From Paludibacteraceae bacterium (GTDB taxonomy: Bacteria > Bacteroidota > Bacteroidia > Bacteroidales > Paludibacteraceae), in the NCBI GenBank assembly GCA_905234685.1, contig CAJOIR010000005.1, positions 1,794 to 65,793 on the forward strand: a stretch of 64,000 nt of DNA, given 5' to 3'. This document shows, one piece after another, positions 23,457 through 32,641 of the stretch. The notes beneath the pieces were generated by a model. It was given only the letters and a program-made list of their open reading frames with translations. It was not told the DNA's origin and ran no database searches. The first letter of the stretch is position 1; every line of letters begins with the position of its first letter. The translations under genes and the position numbers were made by a program.

Positions 23457-25367
23457 TTATCGCACTGTTTCTGCGCCGAGCACGTTGTATGTCTTGCCGG
23501 CGTGTTGTATAAGCAACTGACCGTCGCGCATCACTTTCTGTGCCTTGGTCTCCTGTTCAATTTGCTCAACTCCGGTAGAGTAGGTGTTTATATCGGTCTT
23601 GTATGTCTCAAGCACAGTACCTTCTTTCATCGCAACCACAGTGATGCTGTATTTCTTGCCAGCCTCCAGTCCGTAGAAACGGTATGACCATGCGTCTTTT
23701 TCCATAGTGGCATGTTGTGAAGTATGCTTCGGAGCCTTGCTTACGCCGAGTATGTCGCCTGTGTGAGCATCGAAGGTTATTGTGCACTGGAAACTGTGGT
23801 CTTCCGAAACGATGGTTATCTTATACTGGTCTGCTTCAGTCAGTGCTTTCCAGATAATCGCGATGTTGTCGAAGCCCAACGATGTTGCAGCGATGTTATC
23901 GGTTTCTATATAGGCGTTGTCCGCCCCCATCAGTTCTATGGTATATTTGCCCCACACGGCGTCTCTCTCGAAGTCGTCCTTGTCGGTCAGTACCCATACC
24001 GTAATGTCTTTCTCAGGCAGTGAGGTGGCGTCAAGTTTCGGTATGAAGCCGTAGTTGTAGCATGCGATGTTTGCAAGTTCTGTTGTACCGGCAAATGCTT
24101 CTTTGCCTATGGTCACATAGTTGCTTGCTATCACAACGAGCATCACGTTTTCGGCACCCTTGAAGGCATAGTCGGAAACGCTTGTGACTCCGTATGATAT
24201 CGAAACGACATTGATGTCTTTCATGTACTTGTACCATGGTGCCTGACTTGGAGAAGTCCAGTTAGGCATCGCACCTTCGCCTGTTATGGTCAGTCTGCCG
24301 CCTGCCGACAGTCTCCAACCCAGACCGCCTTCAAGTTCGCCCGATGCTATTGCAGGAAGAATGCCGATATTGAAAATACCCCAGAAGGCTTCTTCGTCTT
24401 TATAGTATGACACCGCTTCCTCTTGCACAAGAAGGTTTATTTCCGGCGGGTTGATGCCGTACCATGATGTGCCATTCGGATAGTCTGGCGGGTATTTGGA
24501 ATAACATTCTATTGTATGCAGGTTCTTGCAACAGTCAAACGGGAAATATTGAAACACGGTCTCACCGCTTGACGACTCCGCCATCATATACATTGTTGAC
24601 GGCAGAACGATTGTCTCCAGATTGTCGCAATATATAAAAGCACCTGTGCCTATAGCGGTAACACCTTCTTCTACAATCACTTTCTTTACATCTTGATTCA
24701 TATAATAAGGCGATTCCCATGGTGTCTCCAGACTGAATTCACCTTCTTCCTTGCCGTCCATCGGACTTATTGTCACAACACCGGTCTTCTCGTCAAATGC
24801 GTACTTGCAAGTTCCTTGAGTGCCTGAAAGATTGTACATTTGGTTGAAACTGTACAACTGGAATTGAAGCCATACAGCGTCAAGAAAATATGTGGTGAAC
24901 AATTCGTACGACACATACACGTATGCAGCGAGGCTGTTCGCCTTGCCTGCTTCTTCACCTTCTTTCAACGAGAAACCTTCAAATGCGTTTGCCGGTGCCG
25001 CAATTTTCTGTTCGGCATAGATTTCAAAGAACTGAGGGTTACAGCCTGCAAAGGCATACTCGCCCATGATTTTCATCTTCTTTGAGATAATATACACCTG
25101 CGATAGGTCCTTCAGGTCGGCGAACGCGTATTCCGGAATGTTTGTACCGTTCTCAATACGAAGGATGTAGATGTCATCAGCAAACTTCGACCACGGGTAC
25201 TGACCACGCTCGTGCGCCGTCATTGCTACGTCTGAACCTGAAATGGTTAATTGAACACCATCTATCTTCCAGTTGAGACCGTCGCCGCAACTGCCTGATT
25301 TGTCATCTGCATACATTGTTGCGGACATCGCCGCTGTCACAAGCAACATAAGTAGAATTTTCTTCAT
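23457..25367 (-). CDS. BspA-type leucine-rich-repeat surface protein
   Basis: Signal peptide present. Repeated segments such as IPEYAFADLKDL, IMGEYAFAGC, IGTGAFIYCDNLETIVLP, VSDYAFKGAENV and IGKEAFAGTTELANI are typical of the Bacteroidetes/Treponema BspA-like LRR. The C-terminal tail is KVMRDGQLLIQHAGKTYNVLGAETV. Confidence 0.75.
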   Translation of the reverse strand: MKKILLMLLVTAAMSATMYADDKSGSCGDGLNWKIDGVQLTISGSDVAMTAHERGQYPWSKFADDIYILRIENGTNIPEYAFADLKDLSQVYIISKKMKIMGEYAFAGCNPQFFEIYAEQKIAAPANAFEGFSLKEGEEAGKANSLAAYVYVSYELFTTYFLDAVWLQFQLYSFNQMYNLSGTQGTCKYAFDEKTGVVTISPMDGKEEGEFSLETPWESPYYMNQDVKKVIVEEGVTAIGTGAFIYCDNLETIVLPSTMYMMAESSSGETVFQYFPFDCCKNLHTIECYSKYPPDYPNGTSWYGINPPEINLLVQEEAVSYYKDEEAFWGIFNIGILPAIASGELEGGLGWRLSAGGRLTITGEGAMPNWTSPSQAPWYKYMKDINVVSISYGVTSVSDYAFKGAENVMLVVIASNYVTIGKEAFAGTTELANIACYNYGFIPKLDATSLPEKDITVWVLTDKDDFERDAVWGKYTIELMGADNAYIETDNIAATSLGFDNIAIIWKALTEADQYKITIVSEDHSFQCTITFDAHTGDILGVSKAPKHTSQHATMEKDAWSYRFYGLEAGKKYSITVVAMKEGTVLETYKTDINTYSTGVEQIEQETKAQKVMRDGQLLIQHAGKTYNVLGAETVR

Positions 25368-25406
25368 GACTATATAATTTAATGGTTAATATTATTCTCC
25401 TCTATA

Positions 25407-26684
25407 CTATTCTCCTCTTTGGGTCAGCGTATAGCCGTCATTCCATTTGCCATGGCGCGCATATATCTTGCATTCCCGTTGTTTGCCTGTCTCATTCTTC
25501 ATCACATATACATTGAAACTGCCGTCACCTGTACCTTTGGCACTCTCCACTGCCACCCAGGTCGGAGTCGCACTGTCGGCGCTATTGGTTCTCGCATCAG
25601 CCGTCCACGATATATTTGCTTTCACGGTGACACTGTACGTGCCTCCGTTCTTAGGAACGTATGTCGGCCAGATTAGATGGAAATACAGATAGGGTCTCTG
25701 TTGGTTGATGCTTGATGTGGCGGTGTTCTCGCCGTCTGAGAACACCACTTCGTAACTCTGCATATACCACTCGTCTCTTGCTATGTTCTCGCTGTTGGCA
25801 AGGCTTGGTATCGTCACGTCAACCGAGTTGTCGGTCTTGTTCGAGAAGGTAACGGTCTTGTCTGAGCATGCCACATTCCAACTGCTTTCGCTCTGTACTT
25901 TTATCGTGTATGTGCCGCCGTTCAAAGGCACTATCTTTATCTCGCTGTCGTCTATAGTGAAAGGTATCGCCGCCTTTGCTTCACGTGTCACCTGTACACT
26001 TGCCGACCCTTTCTCTCCGTATTTGAACACTATCTCTCCCTTGGTCACTTCTTTCTTGTCTGCCGCCGCCACTGTCACGCCTACTGTGCCGTCATCTTTG
26101 CCGCTTTCTGTGTCAAGTGTAATCCAGTCGGCACTTGCAGTAACCGTCCACTCGGCGTTGCTTGTCACCTCTATCGAATAACTACCGCCGTCAGCCGGAG
26201 CGTCTATAGTCGTGGGAGACACTGTAAGTGTGTAGGTCGGGTCTGGTGTCTCCGGTGTCTCTGGTGTCTCCGGTGTCTCTGGAGTTTCCGGTGTCTCTGG
26301 AGTTTCTGGAGTTTCTGGCGTAGATGGTGTCGAAGGCGTTGATGTTGCGGCGACAACTTCCACTTCGCACTCTGCATACAGTTTGCCGCATGATGCTGTT
26401 ATTATGGCTTTGCCTTTCTGCTTGCCTTCAACCCTACCGTTATTGCTAACTGAGGCTACACGCTCTTTCGACGAGTCCCATATCACCTGCGGAGCGCCTT
26501 CTTCTGCATCTTCCGGCTCATATATAACAACCAGTTGCTTGGTTTGTCCTACTTCTATCTCAAGCGACTTTTTGTTTAGACTTATACTCTTCAATTCTTT
26601 CGGAGTCTGTTGGGTGTTGTTGCAACCTGTCGTCATTGCAAGCACTGCAACAGCGGCAAACAATTGGTAAATCGACTTTTTCAT
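25407..26684 (-). CDS. Surface lipoprotein with a Big_2 Ig-like domain, a (PET)n linker and BACON-like domains
   Basis: The lipoprotein signal ends in TTGC. The Big_2-like segment is SISLNKKSLEIEVGQTKQL...ASVSNNGRVEGKQKGKAIITA. A PETPETPETPETPETPETPETPETP linker follows. Then come repeated ...GGSYSIEVTSNAEWTVTASADWITL..., ...GGTYTIKVQSESSWNV... and ...GGTYSVTVKANISWTA... segments, typical of BACON domains. Confidence 0.75.
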   Translation of the reverse strand: MKKSIYQLFAAVAVLAMTTGCNNTQQTPKELKSISLNKKSLEIEVGQTKQLVVIYEPEDAEEGAPQVIWDSSKERVASVSNNGRVEGKQKGKAIITASCGKLYAECEVEVVAATSTPSTPSTPETPETPETPETPETPETPETPETPDPTYTLTVSPTTIDAPADGGSYSIEVTSNAEWTVTASADWITLDTESGKDDGTVGVTVAAADKKEVTKGEIVFKYGEKGSASVQVTREAKAAIPFTIDDSEIKIVPLNGGTYTIKVQSESSWNVACSDKTVTFSNKTDNSVDVTIPSLANSENIARDEWYMQSYEVVFSDGENTATSSINQQRPYLYFHLIWPTYVPKNGGTYSVTVKANISWTADARTNSADSATPTWVAVESAKGTGDGSFNVYVMKNETGKQRECKIYARHGKWNDGYTLTQRGE

Positions 26685-26698
26685 ATATATTCGTTCTT

Positions 26699-29179
26699 TT
26701 ATTTGTTTATTCTTGTTCCGAGTGCATCGTATATATATCGGCTGTCATCATGACCACTGACCACAATATATAGTCTGCCGTCAATCATGACTTTCTTAGC
26801 ACCTTTCTCCGTGTCAGATGTCATTATATCTTCCACGCCTGTTCCCAACACATATTGCGCGGTCAGCGTCAGGTCTTCCGACACGTTATGCCAGTCGCCG
26901 TCCCAACCTGTAAACGTATATCCCTCACGCACTTGCATCTCCGGCGGAGTGGCGTTCTCGCCTTCGGGCACCTGTTGTGAAACTATCACCGCGCCGTCGT
27001 AGTTGAGGAATGTCACCGTATAGACAGGCACATCTGGTTTCTTTTCATACTGTGCGGTAAACGACATGTCTTCTGTCACACATGTATAGCCGTAGTCACC
27101 GTATTCCACATTCGAGTAGGTCTTCTTCCAGCCTGTGAATATATAACCGTCTTTCTTGGGCACATCCGGAGCCGTCGCCATGCCGCTGCAAGGCACAGTC
27201 TGTTGCTCTGTGTTGCCGTCGATGATGAATTTCACTGTGAAACTCTTCACTCCGACGGTCATCACGTCCTGCATGCCGAACAGTATCACATACTGACCTT
27301 TCTCGTCTTCACCCTGTTTGTAGGGTTTCTGTTGCCATTGACCGGCGCATTTGAATGTCAGGTCGCAGGCCGCAGAACCTTCTGCGGTAGCCACACGCAC
27401 TGTATCCATGTCGAAGACGGGTATCCTCGATGAAGTGCCCGTAAACGAGAAGTGATTGTTGCTTACTGTCACCGTTCTGTCGCTGTTCACTGTCAGCGGG
27501 TGCCATATCTCGAACTCCATGATGTTCGAGTACGCCGCCGCAACACTGTAGCCGCTCACATGAAACCTGTAGGCAGTCTTTTTCTTCTGTGAATATACTG
27601 ACCCTATCTGCTCGTTGTAGGTGATGTATTTGCCCGCCTGGGCCTCACTGTCGGTGAGAGTGGTCACCTTCTGGTCTCCCCATGTAATTATTTCGCCGTT
27701 GTCATTATATGTTGCCCTTTCGAAGTACACGGTGGCACTCTTCGCTGCCTTGACGTATGTCATAAAGCCGAGTACGTCTCCTTCAAGCACGCGCTTGGTG
27801 TTGCCTGCGAACCCTTCTCCGTCTTGCGACTCATACAAATCCGCCTCTGTCTTCTCGCTCGTATGCTGTACTATGTTCATGTATAGTTCATAGCCGTCAA
27901 CCTTGTACGCTGCGTATATATTCCTGTCACTTGTAACTTCTGTGTAGTTGCCCTGCCAGCCGGAGAACGTCATGCCCGACATCGTCGGATTGCTTGCGGG
28001 AGGGGTCGCCGCATTGCCGCATACCACCGTTTGCTCTTTCAGCAATGTGCCGTCAACATTCAGAAAACGAACCTTGTAACTCGGTGTCGTAATAGTATAA
28101 CCAACCGGGCATGCCGGCATCACAAACTCATAGTCATTGCCCGACCTGCTTACGGTAATAGGCAGGTCGCTCAGGAACTCGGGCACTTCACAGGCCGACA
28201 GTTTCAGTACTATCTTCTCGCCTGCGGAATGGTCTGTCCACGACCCTTCTGTGAGGTTCTTCACTGGATACTGGAATCTTACCATCACAGCCTCTGTCGT
28301 GTCTTTGTAGCCGTGAGCGCCCTCAACCAGTTTGTTGTAAAAGGTCTTCGCTGTCAAACGCACATAGCGGTCTCGCTCGCCTGTGCCGAGAAACTGGTAG
28401 TCGTTTCTTATCGTGGCGCCGCTCTTGGCATCTACCAGACTCATCTCACCTGCCGACATCGTCTGCCACGTCTTCTTGTCATAACTGCTTTCCCATTTGT
28501 ACTCGAACTCATTCATTGCATACACTGTCAGAGGCACATCTATGCTACCGCCCTGTTGGGCACGGAATTCGTCCTCGGGAAAACTGAATATATAAGGCTC
28601 TTTCCGTATGTCGAAACTGTTTATTAGCCAGCATTGCTTGTCATATTCGTCTGCCGTGTAATACGATACGTATTTGTCCGTCACTTTGTCTCTGTAGAAT
28701 GGCAGTACTACTACGTGCAAACCCTCTTCTTCCGGGCTGTATGCAGGACTGTATCTCTGATAGGCTTTCACTATCACATTCCGCAGTTCGCTGTTCGACA
28801 CCTTGTGAATGCTGTTGCCTTTGCTGCCGGGTGCCAGTATCTCTATTTCATCCGACAAACGCACATGGTCTTGATATAGTTCCATGCGGTCATCCGTCAC
28901 CGTGCTCAGAGCGCCGAACTCATAATAGTTTTCCGCCATTGTCTGCACATAAAACAGACCCACACTTTTGTAGTAATGATAGAAATTTATCACATATTTC
29001 CTGTCAAGAGTCTCAGCCGGCATAAACACGTCCTTGAATGTCATGCCGAAATTCTCCTTGTTGTACTTGAAATCTGTGATATATCTCTCTGCCGGAATGT
29101 TTTCGATACGAGTCACTTGCCGTGCCTCGGCTACCAACATTCCGAACACTGCCAAAAATAAAACCAATGCTTTTTTCAT
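26699..29179 (-). CDS. Large secreted protein with Listeria-Bacteroides (InlB B-repeat/Flg_new-type) repeats
   Basis: Three clear repeats are present: YKVRFLNVDGTLLKEQTVVCGNAATPP....GMTFSGW, FTVKFIIDGNTEQQTVPCSGMATAPDVPKKDGYIFTGW and YTVTFLNYDGAVIVSQQVPEGENATPPEMQVREGYTFTGW. The start is set at the MKKALVLFLAVFGMLVAEA signal peptide (ATG 29179), not the track start at 29230. A TATCTTTG box at 29220-29227 lies inside the longer ORF. The C-terminal tail is KKVMIDGRLYIVVSG....YIYDALGTRI. Confidence 0.75.
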   Translation of the reverse strand: MKKALVLFLAVFGMLVAEARQVTRIENIPAERYITDFKYNKENFGMTFKDVFMPAETLDRKYVINFYHYYKSVGLFYVQTMAENYYEFGALSTVTDDRMELYQDHVRLSDEIEILAPGSKGNSIHKVSNSELRNVIVKAYQRYSPAYSPEEEGLHVVVLPFYRDKVTDKYVSYYTADEYDKQCWLINSFDIRKEPYIFSFPEDEFRAQQGGSIDVPLTVYAMNEFEYKWESSYDKKTWQTMSAGEMSLVDAKSGATIRNDYQFLGTGERDRYVRLTAKTFYNKLVEGAHGYKDTTEAVMVRFQYPVKNLTEGSWTDHSAGEKIVLKLSACEVPEFLSDLPITVSRSGNDYEFVMPACPVGYTITTPSYKVRFLNVDGTLLKEQTVVCGNAATPPASNPTMSGMTFSGWQGNYTEVTSDRNIYAAYKVDGYELYMNIVQHTSEKTEADLYESQDGEGFAGNTKRVLEGDVLGFMTYVKAAKSATVYFERATYNDNGEIITWGDQKVTTLTDSEAQAGKYITYNEQIGSVYSQKKKTAYRFHVSGYSVAAAYSNIMEFEIWHPLTVNSDRTVTVSNNHFSFTGTSSRIPVFDMDTVRVATAEGSAACDLTFKCAGQWQQKPYKQGEDEKGQYVILFGMQDVMTVGVKSFTVKFIIDGNTEQQTVPCSGMATAPDVPKKDGYIFTGWKKTYSNVEYGDYGYTCVTEDMSFTAQYEKKPDVPVYTVTFLNYDGAVIVSQQVPEGENATPPEMQVREGYTFTGWDGDWHNVSEDLTLTAQYVLGTGVEDIMTSDTEKGAKKVMIDGRLYIVVSGHDDSRYIYDALGTRINK

Positions 29180-29219
29180 AATATAGTTGTGTTTTTCATT
29201 TGAAACCACATTTTGCCTG

Positions 29220-29227
29220 CAAAGATA
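29220..29227 (-). promoter_or_regulatory. Candidate -7 promoter box (TATCTTTG on the minus strand) for the surface-protein operon
   Basis: The plus strand reads CAAAGATA. It lies 41 nt upstream of the ATG at 29179. Confidence 0.5.
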
Positions 29228-29278
29228 CATATATTATTTTACAATTCCAAATATATTGTTCTCTCTGTTTCTTTCATA

Positions 29279-29360
29279 CTTTTTCCCTGCTTTTCCCCCG
29301 CTCATTCTATGCTTTTTCCCCTGCTTTTCCCGTTCTTTTCCCGTTCTTTTCCCCTGCTTT
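29279..29360. repeat. Pyrimidine-rich word array (GCTTTTCCC / GTTCTTTTCCC)
   Basis: The sequence is ttttccctgcttttcccccgctcattctatgctttttcccctgcttttcccgttcttttcccgttcttttcccctgcttt. Confidence 0.85.
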
Positions 29361-29370
29361 GACCAAGCAT

Positions 29371-29501
29371 ACTTCATAGTGACCTCATAGTAACCTCATA
29401 GAGACCTCATAGTAACCTCATAGAGACCTCATAGTAACCTCAAGCATAGATCATCGTGACCTCATCGTGACCTCATCGAGACCTCATCGTAACCTGAAGC
29501 A
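29371..29501. repeat. About 11 tandem units of 11-12 nt in two sub-families (ACCTCATAGAG/TA, then GACCTCATCGT/GA)
   Basis: The first sub-array is acttcatagt gacctcatagta acctcatagaga cctcatagtaa cctcatagaga cctcatagtaa cctcaagcatag. The second is atcatcgt gacctcatcgt gacctcatcga gacctcatcgt aacctgaagca. The last 61 nt (29441-29501) recur inverted at 56922-56982 with 58/61 identity. Confidence 0.9.
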
Positions 29502-29505
29502 AGGA

Positions 29506-30441
29506 TCAGCCTTGTTTCAGGCTTTTCTCTCCCTTGCTCAGGCATACCGCCGTCTGAGCTGCAAGCCGCGCATTGTTGAGCACGAGTTGTATGTTGGCGT
29601 CAAGGCTCATACCGCCTGTCAGTTCTTTAACCTTGGCAAGCAGAAACGGTGTGCATTGTTTGCCGTGTATGCCTGCCGCCTCCATCTGACCTATGGCCTC
29701 ATCGATGGCTTTGTTTATCGTCTCCTTAGGCATCGAGTACTCTTCCGGTATCGGATTTGTGACGAGCATTCCCCCTTTCAGCCCCATATCTGTCTTCGCC
29801 CTGAAAGCAGCCGCCAATTGTTCCGGACTGTCAAGTCGGTAATCCACGTTGAAACCGCTGTGACGTGTGTAAAATGCGGGTAATTCTTCGGTCTGATAAC
29901 CTATCACAGGCACGCCTTTTGTCTCGAGGTATTCCAACGTGAGTCCGAGGTCAAGAATAGACTTCGCTCCGGCGCATATCACCATTACCGGAGTCTGTGC
30001 CAGTTCTTCGAGGTCTGCAGAGATATCCATACTCGTCTCTGCTCCGCGGTGTACTCCACCTATGCCTCCTGTGGCAAATACGCGTATTCCGGCCATGGCG
30101 GCTATTATCATCGTTGTTGTCACGGTGGTCGCTCCGTCTCTCCCTTCCGAGACAAGCACGGGTAGGTCACGGCGCGATGCTTTGGTTACAGCCTGACCCT
30201 GTTTGCCGAGGTATTCTATCTCCGCATGCGTGCAACCTGCTTTCAGTTTGCCGCCTATCACCGCTATTGTAGCCGGCACTGCTCCGTAGTCACGTATGGT
30301 CTGCTCTACGCGTAACGCTGTTTCTACGTTCTGAGGATACGGCATGCCGTGACTAATTATCGTTGACTCAAGAGCAACAACCGCTCTGCCTTCTCTGAGT
30401 GCCTCCTGCACTTCTTCTGATATACTCAGATATTTATTCAT
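29506..30441 (-). CDS. psuG: Pseudouridine-5'-phosphate glycosidase
   Basis: The N-terminus is EEVQEALREGRAVVALESTIISHGMPYPQN. The GGIGGVHRG motif is present, and the ~310 aa length matches the YeiN/PsuG family. Confidence 0.92.
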   Translation of the reverse strand: MNKYLSISEEVQEALREGRAVVALESTIISHGMPYPQNVETALRVEQTIRDYGAVPATIAVIGGKLKAGCTHAEIEYLGKQGQAVTKASRRDLPVLVSEGRDGATTVTTTMIIAAMAGIRVFATGGIGGVHRGAETSMDISADLEELAQTPVMVICAGAKSILDLGLTLEYLETKGVPVIGYQTEELPAFYTRHSGFNVDYRLDSPEQLAAAFRAKTDMGLKGGMLVTNPIPEEYSMPKETINKAIDEAIGQMEAAGIHGKQCTPFLLAKVKELTGGMSLDANIQLVLNNARLAAQTAVCLSKGEKSLKQG

Positions 30442-30491
30442 AGTACATTGTTAAATATTATTCTTAAACCTTGAACATTAAATCTCAACCC

Positions 30492-31388
30492 TTATAGCAG
30501 TATGTTCGCAATATCCGGATTCACTGCTCGTTCTGAGAGTAGTGTGGCGCGTGCTGCCATCAGACCATATTGCGCTGTCTGTGGGAATGGAATACCTTTG
30601 ATGTATGCAAACACAACTCCTGCAAGAAAGGCGTCTCCTGCTCCGGTGGTGTTAACCACCTCTACTGGTAGCGCAGGCAGTAGCCACTCCGCCTCCTGAC
30701 TTCGACAATACACTCCTTCACTACCGAGCGTTATATATACATGCTCAACTCCGAGGTCGATAAACTGTTGTGCTGCCTCACCTGTTGTGGCACACTCGGT
30801 AACGGCAAGAGCCTCTTTCTGGTTGAGCTTCAGAGTGTGCAGATGCGGCAGTTTCATATTCCTCAGTGCGTTCACCACGCGGTGTGCCTTCGTACTGCTC
30901 ACTCCATCGATGAATACAGGGGCGGTACTGTTTTCAAGCAGAAAACGGATACTGTCTTCTGGCAGGTTGGTATCTGCTATTACAGCGTCCGACTGGTTAA
31001 GTTCACCTGTACGCCGCTCAAGGAATGCCGGTGTGATAAACCTGATTATGTCTGTGTCTGCCACTGCGGCTATCATCTCACCTGCATGGTTGTTGATGCA
31101 GAGATACATGCCTGTGCGCTCGTCTTGCATGTGGTCACTCAGACTCATATCCATCCCTATGTGTTTGCATTGATCGTACAGCATTCCGCCGAAGATGTCG
31201 TTACCGAACACACTCAAGAAGCGTACCTGACAACCCATCAAACATAAGTTGTGAGCTATGTTGCGGCCTACACCTCCGTGACCCAGACTTACGTGACCGG
31301 GATTGGAGTCGTTGGCAATGAAGTTGGTTGTGAGTGCCGCTGATATGTCGAAGTTGGCACCACCGATGACTGAGATGAGGTTATTCAT
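30492..31388 (-). CDS. psuK: PfkB-family carbohydrate kinase, probable pseudouridine kinase
   Basis: VIGGANFDI...DSNPGHVSLGHGGVGRNIAHNL resembles YeiC/PsuK. The PfkB C-terminal motif is TTGAGDAF. The gene is adjacent to psuG. Confidence 0.8.
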   Translation of the reverse strand: MNNLISVIGGANFDISAALTTNFIANDSNPGHVSLGHGGVGRNIAHNLCLMGCQVRFLSVFGNDIFGGMLYDQCKHIGMDMSLSDHMQDERTGMYLCINNHAGEMIAAVADTDIIRFITPAFLERRTGELNQSDAVIADTNLPEDSIRFLLENSTAPVFIDGVSSTKAHRVVNALRNMKLPHLHTLKLNQKEALAVTECATTGEAAQQFIDLGVEHVYITLGSEGVYCRSQEAEWLLPALPVEVVNTTGAGDAFLAGVVFAYIKGIPFPQTAQYGLMAARATLLSERAVNPDIANILL

Positions 31389-32625
31389 ATTTCTGGAATA
31401 GGAAGTCGTTGTATGGATAGCGTTGGATGTGTATCTCTTTTATTTTCTCATACATCACATCCTTTAAACGCTCTATACCTGCTTTGCTCTTTGCGGAGAT
31501 AAACACGCATTTGTCACCAAGACGCGCCATCCATGTCTGCTCCAGTTCTTCCAAAGGTATGTTCTCTCTGCGCACTGGCGTAAGGTCATCTTCTTCTTTG
31601 GGCGTATATGTGAATGCGTCAGTCTTGTTGAACACTACAATCTCCGGAATAGGAGAATCGGCTTTTGTCTTCTGACTCTTGTCTTTTGTCTGCACTGTTA
31701 TCTCTGCGATAGTCTTCTCTACCACTTCATACTGCTCTTCGAAGTTAGGGTGGGAGATATCAACCACATGTATCAGCAGGTCTGCTTCTCGCACTTCGTC
31801 AAGTGTTGACTTGAACGATTCAATCAGGTTGTGAGGCAACTTGCGAATAAAGCCTACGGTGTCGCTCAGCAGGAAAGGCAGGTTGTCAATCGTTACCTTG
31901 CGCACTGTGGTGTCAAGAGTGGCAAAAAGCTTGTTCTCTGCAAACACTTCTGACTTGCTAAGCAGGTTCATCAGGGTCGATTTGCCTACATTGGTATAGC
32001 CGACCAATGCCACACGCACCATCTTGCCTCTGTTCTGACGCTGCGTCATCATCTGACGGTCTATCTTCTTCAACTCTTCACGCAGTAGAGCAATTCGCTG
32101 GTTGATGATACGCTTGTCGGCTTCTATCTGCGTCTCACCCATACCGCGGCTTGTTGTGCCTCCGCCTCGCTGACGGTCAAGGTGAGTCCACATTCTTGTC
32201 AGGCGCGGGAGCATATACTGCAAATGCGCCATCTCCACTTGTGTCTTGGCATAACTTGTCTCTGCACGCTGAAGGAATATCTCGAGAATGAGTATTGTCC
32301 TGTCCATTATGCGCACACCGAGTTCTTTTTCTATGTTGCGAAGTTGGCGTGGTGATAGTTCGTCATCAAATATAACAAGGTCAATAGCTTCGTCTGTGTC
32401 TTTCTTATTATCAATGTATTCTTTAATCTCTCTTATCTTGCCGCTGCCTACGTATGTGTTGGTGTCTGGTTTGTCTGTGCGTTGCACAAAGCGCTTAACA
32501 GGCAGTATGTTGTCAGTATCTGCAAGAAAAGCGAGTTCGTCAAGATATTCTTTAGTCCTTTCTTCCGGCTGAGTAGGAGTAATCAGACCTACGAGTATTG
32601 CATGTATCTGTGTTTCCTGTGTCAT
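31381..32625 (-). CDS. hflX: GTPase HflX
   Basis: HflX N-terminal domain plus G motifs: LVGYTNVGKSTL (G1), DTVGF (G3) and NKTD (G4). The stop overlaps the psuK start by 8 nt. Confidence 0.92.
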   Translation of the reverse strand: MTQETQIHAILVGLITPTQPEERTKEYLDELAFLADTDNILPVKRFVQRTDKPDTNTYVGSGKIREIKEYIDNKKDTDEAIDLVIFDDELSPRQLRNIEKELGVRIMDRTILILEIFLQRAETSYAKTQVEMAHLQYMLPRLTRMWTHLDRQRGGGTTSRGMGETQIEADKRIINQRIALLREELKKIDRQMMTQRQNRGKMVRVALVGYTNVGKSTLMNLLSKSEVFAENKLFATLDTTVRKVTIDNLPFLLSDTVGFIRKLPHNLIESFKSTLDEVREADLLIHVVDISHPNFEEQYEVVEKTIAEITVQTKDKSQKTKADSPIPEIVVFNKTDAFTYTPKEEDDLTPVRRENIPLEELEQTWMARLGDKCVFISAKSKAGIERLKDVMYEKIKEIHIQRYPYNDFLFQKYE

Positions 32626-32641
32626 GTCTATAGTCTCATTG

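Noticed and set aside
26215-26300. Tandem DNA repeat ggtgtctc(c/t)gg / ggagtttc(c/t)gg, which looks like a non-coding array.
   Set aside because: It lies in-frame within the lipoprotein gene 25407..26684 and encodes the PETPETPET... interdomain linker. It is a coding low-complexity repeat, not a regulatory or CRISPR feature.
29371-29501. CRISPR array hypothesis for the tandem arrays (also 36718-36761, 56916-56983 and 1637-1669).
   Set aside because: The units are only 11-15 nt and directly abutting, with no unique spacers. No cas genes are in the window.
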